Source: Myxococcota bacterium
Lineage (GTDB): Bacteria > Myxococcota_A > UBA796 > CAJQPC01
Assembly (NCBI GenBank): GCA_036229005.1
Contig: JAZAMN010000043.1
Location: forward strand, 32,001-96,000
DNA: 64,000 nucleotides
Direction: 5' to 3'
Part shown: piece after piece, positions 46,521 to 55,776 of the stretch
How positions within the stretch are numbered: position 1 is the stretch's first letter
How the letters are laid out: each line of letters begins with the position of its first letter
Notes under the pieces: model-generated
Database searches by the model: none
What the model was told of the DNA's origin: nothing
What the model saw: only the letters and a program-made list of their open reading frames with translations
Position numbers and translations under genes: made by a program

Positions 46521-46627
46521 CACAATGTCAGGCCCCCAGGGGGCGCTGATTTGAAGGCTGACACCCTGTCCCCTTTGGCCGAATCGCCCCAGCCTGTGGG
46601 CCTTGTTGGGGTGGCCCGATGCTTGCA
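46518..46627 (+). promoter_or_regulatory. Sigma54 promoter with two candidate enhancer palindromes
   Basis: TGGCCC-N5-TTGCA at 46612-46627 (correct GG/GC spacing); TGACA-N3-TGTCA at 46518 and TGACA-N3-TGTCC at 46559. Confidence 0.7.
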
Positions 46628-46675
46628 GGACGGGGGCTGAGAGCCCCCCTGTGGGCATGGAGACTGGCAAAAGCC

Positions 46676-47632
46676 ATGCGAGAGCATCTTTCCGACAAGC
46701 GGGTCTGGATCGGAGCCGGGGTCATCGCCCTCGCGTCCTTTGCAGCCGCCGCTGGCCTGAACCTGGTGGTGATCAAGCCCAAGCTTGCCCTCCCGGACGA
46801 CGCCGAGCTCCCCAGCGTGGGGGAGTTCGTCGCGGACGCGGGGTCGGATGGGCCGGACATCGAGGACGGCGGGCGCGCCCCCGCGCCGCGGCCCCGAGCC
46901 ACCAGCGAGAGCCGCTTTCTGGACATCATCGTCAAGGGCAACATCTTCGACAGCTCCAAGGTCGGGCAGGAGCCCGAGGCCGAGCTGATCGACGATGGCA
47001 GCGGTCGCAAGACCAAGCTGGACCTGGTCCTCATCGCCACCATGGTGGCCGAGCCCGCGCAGTTCTCCTCTGCCCTGATCTCAGGAAAGGGCAAGGACGA
47101 CCGGGCCTTTGGTTATGGCGTCGAAGACGAGATCATGGGCGCCACCATCCTGGAGATCCAGCAGAAGGCGGTCAAGCTCGAGGTCAACGGCGAGGTCGAG
47201 TGGCTCTACATGGACCCGGGTGCCGTCAAGGAGCCCAAGGCGGCCACGGCCTCCAATGACCGCAGCCTGCTCCGGGACGACGACGCCGAGGACGGCATCA
47301 CCGAGTCCGGCGGCAAGATCATCGTCGAGCGCCGGGTCGTGGACGAGGCCCTGGCCAACGTCGAGACCCTGGCCACCAAGATGCGGGTCGTGCCCCACAA
47401 GGGCGCCGACGGCCAGATCGACGGCTACCGCCTGAGCGCAATCCGCCGCGGCAGCCTCTTCGACAAGCTGGGCATCAAGAACGGGGACGTCGTGCACGGC
47501 GTCAACGGCATGCCCCTCACCAGCACCGACGGTGCCTTCCAAGCCTTCCAGACGCTGCAGAGCGAGAGCGCCTTCACCTTCGAGGTGACCCGCCGCAACC
47601 AGCGCCAGACCTTTGAGTACGAGGTCCGCTGA
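46676..47632 (+). CDS. gspC: T2SS protein C (HR + PDZ)
   Basis: N-terminal TM; NIFDS; LVLIATMVA; PDZ GSLFDKLGIKNGDVV; first gene of the operon. Confidence 0.92.
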   Translation: MREHLSDKRVWIGAGVIALASFAAAAGLNLVVIKPKLALPDDAELPSVGEFVADAGSDGPDIEDGGRAPAPRPRATSESRFLDIIVKGNIFDSSKVGQEPEAELIDDGSGRKTKLDLVLIATMVAEPAQFSSALISGKGKDDRAFGYGVEDEIMGATILEIQQKAVKLEVNGEVEWLYMDPGAVKEPKAATASNDRSLLRDDDAEDGITESGGKIIVERRVVDEALANVETLATKMRVVPHKGADGQIDGYRLSAIRRGSLFDKLGIKNGDVVHGVNGMPLTSTDGAFQAFQTLQSESAFTFEVTRRNQRQTFEYEVR

Positions 47633-47666
47633 GCCCCTGGCTCAGGACCCCCGCAGGAGCAGAACC

Positions 47667-50033
47667 TTGCAGAACCTCTCGCAGATTTCCCGTCGCTTGG
47701 GCCTGGGTGCCTTCCTGGCGCTCACCGGTCTGGCCCTCCCCGGGGCCGCCTTCGCCCAGGACAAGGACCTGGACGACTCCCGGAACAAGCCCCCGTGCGC
47801 GACGCCGGCCACGGTGACCCTGGACTACGTCGAGTACGACGTCCAGGAGCTGGTCAAGTACATGGCCGAGACCTCCTGCCGGAACCTGATCCTGGGCGGT
47901 GACGAGCTCAAGGGCAAGGTCACCATCATCAGCCACAAGCCGGTGCCCTACTGGAGCGCCTTCGCGGCCATGGAGTCCGCGCTGGCCACCGCCGGCTACA
48001 CCATGGTCGAGGTCGGCGGGACCTACAAGGTGCTCCCCACCAGCGAGGCCGCGCAGGCCCCCGTGGCCGTGTACGAGGGCACCACCATCCCGGCCACGGA
48101 CCGGGTGGTCACCCAGATCTTCCAGCTCGACAACGTGCAGGTCTCGGACATCTCCTCCATCGCCAAGGAGATGGCCGGCCCCAAGGCCAAGATCATCGCC
48201 TACGTGCCCACCAACACGCTGATCGTGACCGACTCGGCCTACAACATCCGCCGCATGTGGAAGGTGGTCGGCCAGCTCGACGTCGAGGCGCCCAAGTCCG
48301 AGATCCACGTCGTCCAGATCAAGAACGCCACCGCGAGCGAGATCAAGACGCTGATCGAGACCATCTACGGCACCTCCGAGAACGAGAGCAGCAGCAGCAC
48401 CACCACCAGCAGCAGCACCAGCAACTCGGCCGCTGCTCGCCGTCGCCGCCGCCGGAACCGGGACGCCGCCGCCGCCGCCTCCACCGAGGCCTCCGCCTCC
48501 AACGTGGGCAAGCAGGGCAGCTACATCGAGAAGATCGTCGCGGACGACCGCACCAACCGCCTGATCATCCTGGCCAACGACGCGGCCATGGAGAAGGTGC
48601 AGGAGCTGATCGACGAGCTCGACGCCGACGTGGACCCCGCCAACCGGGCCAAGATCCACGTGGTCTACCTGGAGCACGCCAAGGCCGAGGACGTCGCCTC
48701 CACCCTGGCCGCCCTCTCCCAGGGCAGCAGCAACAACGCCACCACCCGGCGCACCACCCAGACCGCCCGGAACGGCCGCACCATCCCGCAGCCCGACGCC
48801 GCGGCCGAGGGCAGCCCCAGCGTCACCGCCCTGCTGGACGACGACGTCCGCATCACCGCGGATGAGAACACCAACAGCCTGGTGATCGTGGCCTCCCCCG
48901 AGGCCTTCCGCATCCTCAAGAACGTCATCGACCAGCTCGACATCCGCCGCAAGCAGGTGTTCGTCGAGGTCGTCATCATGGAGATGGCCACCGACGACAG
49001 CACCGACCTGGGCCTGAGCTACCACACCGGCATCCCCGGGGACTCCGCGACCACCGTCCTGTCCTCGCAGATGGGGCCCAGCTCGCTGGGTGTGAGCACG
49101 GACCTGCTGTCCGGCGTTGCGATGGGCGTGTTCGGCGACACCATCCCCGTCACCGTCGACGGAACCAGCGTGGATCTGCCCGCCTTCGGTGTGGTCGTGA
49201 ACGCCCTGCAGGCCAACTCGCAGGTCAACATCCTCTCCACGCCCAACATCATGACCCTGGACAACGAGGAGGCGGAGATCGTCGTCGGTCGCAACGTGCC
49301 CTTCCCCACCTCCCAGGGCCGCGACTCGAACAACAACCCCATCATCTCGTTCACCCGCGAGGACGTGGCCATCACGCTGCGCGTGACCCCCCAGATCAAC
49401 GAGTCCGACTACGTCACCCTCGAGGTCTACCAGGAGGTCACCGAGATCGAGGACAGCGCGTCTTCGTCCAGCTCCGACGTCACCCTGTCGGGCGGCCCCA
49501 CGACCTCCAAGCGCACGGCCGAGACCACCGTGCTGGTCCGGGACAACCAGACCGTGGTGATCGGCGGACTGATGTCCTCGACGGACTCCGAGATCGAGAC
49601 CAAGGTGCCGCTGCTGGGCGACCTGCCCCTGATCGGTGTGCTCTTCCGTTCGACCTCCAAGAGCTCCCGCAAGACCAACCTGCTGATCTTCCTGACCCCC
49701 CACGTGATCGACGATCCCGGGGATCTGGAGGAGGTCTACCGGGTCAAGGTGGCCCAGCGCGAGGAGTTCCTGCGCCGCTTCTACGGCAAGTCCGAGCTGG
49801 AGCAGGCCCAGGCCCTGGACGAGCTGCTCTCCTACTCGATGAACATCATCGATGACCCCAGCGGGCCCCGCTACTCGGCCACCTTCACCGACGAGGACGG
49901 CACCGAGACCTACGTGAACGGCGGCGCGGAGGGCGAGGAGGCCGATGCGGCCCAGGACACCGAGATGCGCACCGCCGGGGACCCCATCCCCCCCGCTGAT
50001 GTCGACCCTGACGCCCAGCCCGAGGACCTCTGA
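47667..50033 (+). CDS. gspD: T2SS secretin
   Basis: N-domains; DIRRKQVFVE, ILSTPNIMTLDNEEA, VIGGLM, KVPLLGDLP, LLIFLTP; start chosen from AGGAG RBS. Confidence 0.96.
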   Translation: MQNLSQISRRLGLGAFLALTGLALPGAAFAQDKDLDDSRNKPPCATPATVTLDYVEYDVQELVKYMAETSCRNLILGGDELKGKVTIISHKPVPYWSAFAAMESALATAGYTMVEVGGTYKVLPTSEAAQAPVAVYEGTTIPATDRVVTQIFQLDNVQVSDISSIAKEMAGPKAKIIAYVPTNTLIVTDSAYNIRRMWKVVGQLDVEAPKSEIHVVQIKNATASEIKTLIETIYGTSENESSSSTTTSSSTSNSAAARRRRRRNRDAAAAASTEASASNVGKQGSYIEKIVADDRTNRLIILANDAAMEKVQELIDELDADVDPANRAKIHVVYLEHAKAEDVASTLAALSQGSSNNATTRRTTQTARNGRTIPQPDAAAEGSPSVTALLDDDVRITADENTNSLVIVASPEAFRILKNVIDQLDIRRKQVFVEVVIMEMATDDSTDLGLSYHTGIPGDSATTVLSSQMGPSSLGVSTDLLSGVAMGVFGDTIPVTVDGTSVDLPAFGVVVNALQANSQVNILSTPNIMTLDNEEAEIVVGRNVPFPTSQGRDSNNNPIISFTREDVAITLRVTPQINESDYVTLEVYQEVTEIEDSASSSSSDVTLSGGPTTSKRTAETTVLVRDNQTVVIGGLMSSTDSEIETKVPLLGDLPLIGVLFRSTSKSSRKTNLLIFLTPHVIDDPGDLEEVYRVKVAQREEFLRRFYGKSELEQAQALDELLSYSMNIIDDPSGPRYSATFTDEDGTETYVNGGAEGEEADAAQDTEMRTAGDPIPPADVDPDAQPEDL

Positions 50034-51736
50034 TGGCCATCCGCCGCCGCTCCCTGGACGAAGTCCTGCAGGACCGGGGCCTGGCCCCCGAGCTGCTCGC
50101 CGACGCCCGCAAGACCGCTGAGAAGACCGGCTCCAGCCTGCTCGAGACCGTGCAGCGGGGCGAGGCCTCCCAGCTCGCCGTGACCCGGGGCCTCGCGGAC
50201 CTGACCGGCCTGCGCGTGCTGGAGACCATCGACCTGGAGCGCATCGACATCGAGCTGGTGCGGCGCATCCCCCTGGGCCTGGCCCGCGAGCAGCAGATCC
50301 TGCCCCTGTGGATCGAGGACGACGGCCGCGTGCTGGCTGGCATCGCGTCCCCGAGCTGCCTGCCCTCCGCCGACGACATGCGCGTGGTGCTCAAGCGCCC
50401 CATCGACCCGGTGCTGGTGCCGGCGGATGTCCTCAAGGACGCCATCAACAAGAGCTTCGACCGCGCGGCCCGCTCGGCCTCCGCCGTCATGTCCGAGATC
50501 GAGGAGGAGCAGGAGGACGACCTGGCCGGGGACCTGTCCCTGGAAGAGGACATCCTGGATGACCCCAACCAGGCCCCCATCATCCGCTTCGTGAACACGC
50601 TGCTCACGCAGGCGATCAAGGACCGGGCCTCGGACATCCACATCGAGCCCTTCGAGAAGGAGCTGCTGGTCCGCTTCCGGATCGACGGCGTGCTCTACGA
50701 GATCGTGAAGCCGCCGCCCCGGCTGCAGGCCTCCATCGTCAGCCGCATCAAGATCATGGCCGGCCTGAACATCGCCGAGAAGCGCATCCCCCAGGACGGC
50801 CGCATCCGCATCCGCATGGCCGGCCGCGAGGTCGATCTGCGCGTGAGCACGCTCCCCGTGCGCTACGGCGAGCGCGTCGTCATGCGTATCCTGGAGAAGG
50901 GTCAGGTCTTCTCCCTGGAGCGCGTGGGCATGTCCCAGGAGAACCTGGAGGTCTTCCGCGAGTACATCCGGCGGCCCCACGGCATCATCCTGGTCACCGG
51001 CCCCACGGGCTCTGGTAAGACCACCACGCTCTACTCGGCGCTGGCGGAGATCAACCGCCCGGACCTGAACATCCTCACCATCGAGGACCCCATCGAGTAC
51101 GAGCTGCGCGGCATCGGCCAGACGCAGGTCAACCCCAAGATCGACCTGACCTTCGCCAGCGTGTTGCGCGCCCACCTGCGTCAGGACCCGGACGTCATCC
51201 TGGTCGGTGAGACCCGTGACAAGGAGACCGCGGACAACGCCGTCCAGGCCTCGCTCACCGGTCACCTGGTGTTCTCCACCCTGCACACCAACGACTCCCC
51301 CGGCGCCTTCCCCCGCCTCACCGATATGGGCGTCGAGCCCTTCCTGGTCGCCAGCTCCCTGCTGATGATCCTGGCCCAGCGCCTGGTCCGCCGGCTCTGC
51401 CCCGAGTGCAAGACCCCCTACGAGCCCCTGGACGGGGAGCTCGCCGATCTGGGCCTGACCCGCGCGGACGTCGCCGGACGCACGGTCTACAAGGCCTGCG
51501 GCTGCGATGTGTGCCTCAAGACCGGGTACAAGGGCCGTACCGGCATCTACGAGCTGCTGGAGGTGACCGACGCCATCCGCAACGCCGTGATGCAGGAGGC
51601 CGACGGCTCGGCCATCAAGCGCGTGGCGACCGAGGGGGGCATGAAGACCCTCCGCGACGACGGCATCCGCAAGGTCTTCGAGGGTGAGACCACCTTCGAG
51701 GAGGTCATGCGCGTCACCAGCGAGGACTCCCGCTAG
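50033..51736 (+). CDS. gspE: T2SS ATPase
   Basis: ASDIHIEP, GPTGSGKTTT, LRQDPDVILVGE, STLHTN, tetra-Cys Zn motif. Confidence 0.97.
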   Translation: MAIRRRSLDEVLQDRGLAPELLADARKTAEKTGSSLLETVQRGEASQLAVTRGLADLTGLRVLETIDLERIDIELVRRIPLGLAREQQILPLWIEDDGRVLAGIASPSCLPSADDMRVVLKRPIDPVLVPADVLKDAINKSFDRAARSASAVMSEIEEEQEDDLAGDLSLEEDILDDPNQAPIIRFVNTLLTQAIKDRASDIHIEPFEKELLVRFRIDGVLYEIVKPPPRLQASIVSRIKIMAGLNIAEKRIPQDGRIRIRMAGREVDLRVSTLPVRYGERVVMRILEKGQVFSLERVGMSQENLEVFREYIRRPHGIILVTGPTGSGKTTTLYSALAEINRPDLNILTIEDPIEYELRGIGQTQVNPKIDLTFASVLRAHLRQDPDVILVGETRDKETADNAVQASLTGHLVFSTLHTNDSPGAFPRLTDMGVEPFLVASSLLMILAQRLVRRLCPECKTPYEPLDGELADLGLTRADVAGRTVYKACGCDVCLKTGYKGRTGIYELLEVTDAIRNAVMQEADGSAIKRVATEGGMKTLRDDGIRKVFEGETTFEEVMRVTSEDSR

Positions 51737-52974
51737 TGGCTGTGTTCGAGTACAAGGGCTTCGACGCCGCCGGCAAGTCCGTCTCGGGCATCATCGATGC
51801 CGAGGGGGCCAAGACCGCCCGCTCCAAGCTGCGCAAGCAGGGCCTGTTCCCCACCGACCTGCGCGAGCAGAAGGCGGGGGCCAAGGCGGCCTCGGGCAGC
51901 GGCCTGAACGTCGAGATCGACTTCTCCAAGTACCTGGAGCGCATCTCGGTCCAGGACGTGGCCACCCTGACGTCCCAGCTCTCCACGCTGGTGGGCGCGG
52001 GCATCCCCATGGTCGAGGCGCTCTCCGCGCTGCTGGACCAGGTCGAGAACGACAAGCTGCGCGTCATCCTGGCCGAGGTCCGGGACAAGGTGAACGAGGG
52101 CGCGACCCTGGGCGATGCCATGAAGGGCCACCCCGAGGTCTTCTCGCAGCTCTACGTGAACATGGTGCGCGCGGGCGAGGCCTCCGGCGCGCTGGAGACC
52201 GTGCTCCTGCGACTGACGGAGTACACCGAGGCCGCCGTGCGCCTGCGCGGCAAGCTGGTCTCCGCGATGATCTACCCGGTGCTCATGACCCTGGTGGGCT
52301 TCGGCATCGTGGTCGGCCTCTTTGTGTTCGTCATCCCCAAGATGCGCCGCATCTTCGACTCCTTCGACGCAGAGCTCCCCTGGATCACCTCGGCCCTGCT
52401 GAGCATCTCGGACTTCGCCACCCAGTGGTGGTGGCTGATCGGCATCCTGATGGGCGGCGCGGGCTTTGGCTTCTACCGCTGGAAGCAGACCCCCGAGGGC
52501 ACCGAGAAGTGGGACCGCTTCATGCTCAAGGTGCCCATCTTCGGCCGCATGAACCGGCTGGTGGCGGTCGCGCGCTTCTGCCGCACGCTCTCCACCCTGC
52601 TGGACGCCGGTGTGCCCATCCTGCAGGCCATGGCCATCGTGTCCACCGTCGTGGAGAACAAGGTCATCGAGGAGGCCATCAACGCCTCCGCCCGCAACGT
52701 GACCGAGGGCCAGTCGCTGGCCGTGCCGCTCAAGCAGTCCGGGCAGTTCCCCCCCATCGTGACCCACATGATCAACATCGGGGAGCGCACCGGTGAGCTC
52801 GAGAAGATGCTCGCCAAGGTGGCCGACGCCTACGAGACCGAGGTCGACAACATGGTCACGGGCCTCACCTCGCTGCTGGAGCCCCTGCTCATCCTGATGA
52901 TGGGCGGCATCGTGGCCTTCGTGGCGCTGGCCATCCTGCTGCCCATGCTGAACATGTCCTCGATGGCAGGCTGA
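51736..52974 (+). CDS. gspF: T2SS inner membrane platform protein
   Basis: AGEASGALE, AMIYP, GERTGELE, LEP. Confidence 0.97.
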   Translation: MAVFEYKGFDAAGKSVSGIIDAEGAKTARSKLRKQGLFPTDLREQKAGAKAASGSGLNVEIDFSKYLERISVQDVATLTSQLSTLVGAGIPMVEALSALLDQVENDKLRVILAEVRDKVNEGATLGDAMKGHPEVFSQLYVNMVRAGEASGALETVLLRLTEYTEAAVRLRGKLVSAMIYPVLMTLVGFGIVVGLFVFVIPKMRRIFDSFDAELPWITSALLSISDFATQWWWLIGILMGGAGFGFYRWKQTPEGTEKWDRFMLKVPIFGRMNRLVAVARFCRTLSTLLDAGVPILQAMAIVSTVVENKVIEEAINASARNVTEGQSLAVPLKQSGQFPPIVTHMINIGERTGELEKMLAKVADAYETEVDNMVTGLTSLLEPLLILMMGGIVAFVALAILLPMLNMSSMAG

Positions 52975-53045
52975 AGTCAGAGAGCGGTCCGAATAATCCG
53001 AATTGTCAAACGTTATAGGTTCAAACTCTCTTTTGGAGAAAAGCA

Positions 53046-53486
53046 ATGGCATCCCCCACCGCCTTCCGTAGCGCACTCAAGAGCCAGCAGGGCATGACCC
53101 TGGTGGAGATCATGGTCGTCATCGCCATCCTGGGCACCATCATGTCCGTGGTGGCCTTCTCCGTGGTCGGCAAGCTGGACGAGGCCAACTGCGAGGCCAC
53201 CAAGCTGACCATGAAGAACGCCGACCAGGCGCTGCAGCTCTACTCCGCCAAGAAGAAGGGCAAGTTCCCCTCCACCAGCGATGGCCTGGCCGCCGCCAAG
53301 AAGTACTTCAACGACGGCGACGTGCCGGTCGACGCCTGGGGCAACGAGCTCCAGTACTTCTCCCCCGGCAGCCACTCGGACGCGCCCTACGAGCTGGTCT
53401 CCCTGGGCAAGGACGGTGTCGAGGGTGGCGATGAGGCCAACGCCGACATCCAGAGCTGGAACATGGACGAGGCCTGCGACTGGTAA
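53046..53486 (+). CDS. gspG: T2SS major pseudopilin
   Basis: G|MTLVEIMVV; FPSTSDGL; DAWGN; SLGKDGVEGG. Confidence 0.95.
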   Translation: MASPTAFRSALKSQQGMTLVEIMVVIAILGTIMSVVAFSVVGKLDEANCEATKLTMKNADQALQLYSAKKKGKFPSTSDGLAAAKKYFNDGDVPVDAWGNELQYFSPGSHSDAPYELVSLGKDGVEGGDEANADIQSWNMDEACDW

Positions 53487-53578
53487 TGCAGCGGCGCGAG
53501 CTGGTGCAGTTCTCCTTGGTGGGCGCCGCCCTGGCGGCCCTGCCGGTGGTGTGGATCGTGATGGGCATTGGAGCCTGA
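53486..53578 (+). CDS. 30-aa single-TM microprotein in the T2SS operon
   Basis: TAATG coupling to the gspG stop; MQRRELVQFSLVGAALAALPVVWIVMGIGA; stop overlaps the gspH start region. Confidence 0.55.
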   Translation: MQRRELVQFSLVGAALAALPVVWIVMGIGA

Positions 53579-54350
53579 GCACTTGAAGACCCGGAAGGCA
53601 CGCGAGGGCATGACCCTCATCGAGATCATGGTCGTCATCGCCATCCTGGCGGTGGTGCTCAGCGTCTCGATCATCTCCATGAGCGGAGTGCTCGGGGTGC
53701 GCCAGACCGGAGCCGCCAAGGAGCTGGCCCAGACCTACCGCTTCCTCCAGAACGAGGCCGCCCTGCGGAACGTGACCTTCCGGATCGCCTTCAACCTGGA
53801 CACGCGCAGCTACAAGATCGAGGTCGGCGCCCCCGACGCCGTGGTGTTCACCAACCCCGAAGACCGCGAGGCCTACGAAGAGCTGCTGGCCGAGAAGCTC
53901 ACGGACGTCTCCCTGGACAACCTGGACGAGGCCAACCTGGACGACGACGAGCTGGAGCTGCTGGAGGGCAGCCGCCGCTTCGAGGGCATGAACGACCCCG
54001 CCCTGAACACGGAGGTCAAGATGCCCCGGGGGACCTACATCGCTTGGGTCTACACCCCCCAGTACGGGGAGGAGCCCGTCGAGCCCGGTATCGACTTCGC
54101 GGTCGAAGGCGAGGACATCGACCCCGAGTCCCTGGATGAGCAGCCCACCATCGTCTACAGCTACATCTTCTCCAACGGCCAGGTGGAGCACACCCTGGTG
54201 CGCATCGCCAGCATCGACGACCCCGAAGACGGCCTGACCATCGAGGTCGAGCCCCTGTCCGGCCGGGTGGAGCTGCACGACGCCCCCTCCTTCGGGCCCT
54301 CCGACTCCATGACCTGGCTGCCCGACGAAGGGCCGGAGCTGGACCTGTGA
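53568..54350 (+). CDS. gspH: T2SS minor pseudopilin H
   Basis: G|MTLIEIMVV; position in operon; C-terminal VEPLSGRV. Confidence 0.8.
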   Translation: MEPEHLKTRKAREGMTLIEIMVVIAILAVVLSVSIISMSGVLGVRQTGAAKELAQTYRFLQNEAALRNVTFRIAFNLDTRSYKIEVGAPDAVVFTNPEDREAYEELLAEKLTDVSLDNLDEANLDDDELELLEGSRRFEGMNDPALNTEVKMPRGTYIAWVYTPQYGEEPVEPGIDFAVEGEDIDPESLDEQPTIVYSYIFSNGQVEHTLVRIASIDDPEDGLTIEVEPLSGRVELHDAPSFGPSDSMTWLPDEGPELDL

Positions 54351-54994
54351 TGCGCCGGCTCGCCCGCTCCGCCTTCTCGCTGCTCGAGGTCATGGTCGCC
54401 CTGGGCATCCTGTCCGTGGCGCTGTTCGTGCTCATCGAGGGGCAGGCCTCCGCGGTGCTCATGACCCAGGAGGCCTCCAAGATCTCCGTGGCCACCGCCC
54501 TGGCCCAGGAGAAGATGAGCGAGTGCGTGCTGCTCCTTGAGTCCGAGGGCTTCCAGGAGCAGGACATCAACGAGGAGGGCGACTTTGAGGACGGCATCTT
54601 CTCGGAGTTCCAGGCCGGCGGGCTGGACGGCACCTTTGACGAGGTGAACGAGGAGACCTACGCCGACTACCACTGGGCCTACACCATTCGGGAGGTCCAG
54701 ATCGGCCTGTCGGGTGACATCGCGTCCATGGCGAGCAGCTTCGCTGGCAGCGGGATGGCGGGGGAGGAGGTCCAAGAGGCCAGCCAGACCCAGGACGCGC
54801 AGATGGACCTGGGGGACCTGGGTGTCTCCGATGACATGCTCACCGAGCAGCTCTCCCCCTTTGTGCGCGAGATCCGCGTGCTGGTGTGGTGGGGGAGCGA
54901 GGACATCGACGTCGAAGAGGACGACGACTGGGTCGAGCTGGTCACCCACGTGGTGAACCCCTCCGGCAATGTCGTGAGCGGGACGCAGCAATGA
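54347..54994 (+). CDS. gspI: T2SS minor pseudopilin I
   Basis: A|FSLLEVMVALGIL; position in operon. Confidence 0.8.
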   Translation: MMRRLARSAFSLLEVMVALGILSVALFVLIEGQASAVLMTQEASKISVATALAQEKMSECVLLLESEGFQEQDINEEGDFEDGIFSEFQAGGLDGTFDEVNEETYADYHWAYTIREVQIGLSGDIASMASSFAGSGMAGEEVQEASQTQDAQMDLGDLGVSDDMLTEQLSPFVREIRVLVWWGSEDIDVEEDDDWVELVTHVVNPSGNVVSGTQQ

Positions 54995-55776
54995 GCGCCC
55001 ACAGGTCCACACCAGCCGCACCTCGCTTGCGCCGATCCCTTCTCAGATCTGTGGGGGGCATGACGCTGATCGAGGTGATCATCGCGCTTGGGATCCTGGC
55101 CACGATCGGCGTCCTCACCCTCTCGACCGTGAGCTCCACCCTCAAGGCGCGGGACGTGCTGGCGGAAGAGGACGAGGTCCAGCAGTCCGCCCGGGTGGCC
55201 CTGGACACGCTCACCCACGAGCTGCGCCTGGCCTACCTGAGCTGGAACAAGAACTCGCCGAACACCTACCGCACGGTGTTCGTGGGCAAGGACACGGGCG
55301 ACATCGACACCCTGTGGTTCGCCAGCCTCAGCCACCAGCGGCTCTACCAGGGGGCCCGCGAGGGCGACCAGACCGAGATCACCATCTGGGGGGACGACGA
55401 CCCCTACCACGACGGCCGCTACGTGCTGCTGCACCGAGAGGCCCCCCGCATCGACCACGAGCCGGATGAGGGCGGGGTGATCCAGCCCATGTCCTACAAC
55501 GTGCGCAGCCTGTCCATCCGCTACCTGGACCCCCAGACCTGCGAGTGGGCGGATGAGTGGGACTCGACGGCGGTGGAGCAGCTCAACCGGCTGCCCCGGG
55601 CGGTGCAGTTCAGCCTGACCCTGATGGGCCCGGACCCGGACGAAGACGGCAAGGAGAAGCCCTACACCTTCGCGTCCACCACCGTGCTCCAGTACGGCAA
55701 GCGCGCCCGCTGCGCTGTGTTCGCCAACGACGAGAACGACGAGGGCGAGATCTCCGCCTCGGGGGATGACTCTTGA
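54991..55776 (+). CDS. gspJ: T2SS minor pseudopilin J
   Basis: G|MTLIEVIIALGIL; W.DEWDS...LPRAV. Confidence 0.85.
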   Translation: MSAHRSTPAAPRLRRSLLRSVGGMTLIEVIIALGILATIGVLTLSTVSSTLKARDVLAEEDEVQQSARVALDTLTHELRLAYLSWNKNSPNTYRTVFVGKDTGDIDTLWFASLSHQRLYQGAREGDQTEITIWGDDDPYHDGRYVLLHREAPRIDHEPDEGGVIQPMSYNVRSLSIRYLDPQTCEWADEWDSTAVEQLNRLPRAVQFSLTLMGPDPDEDGKEKPYTFASTTVLQYGKRARCAVFANDENDEGEISASGDDS

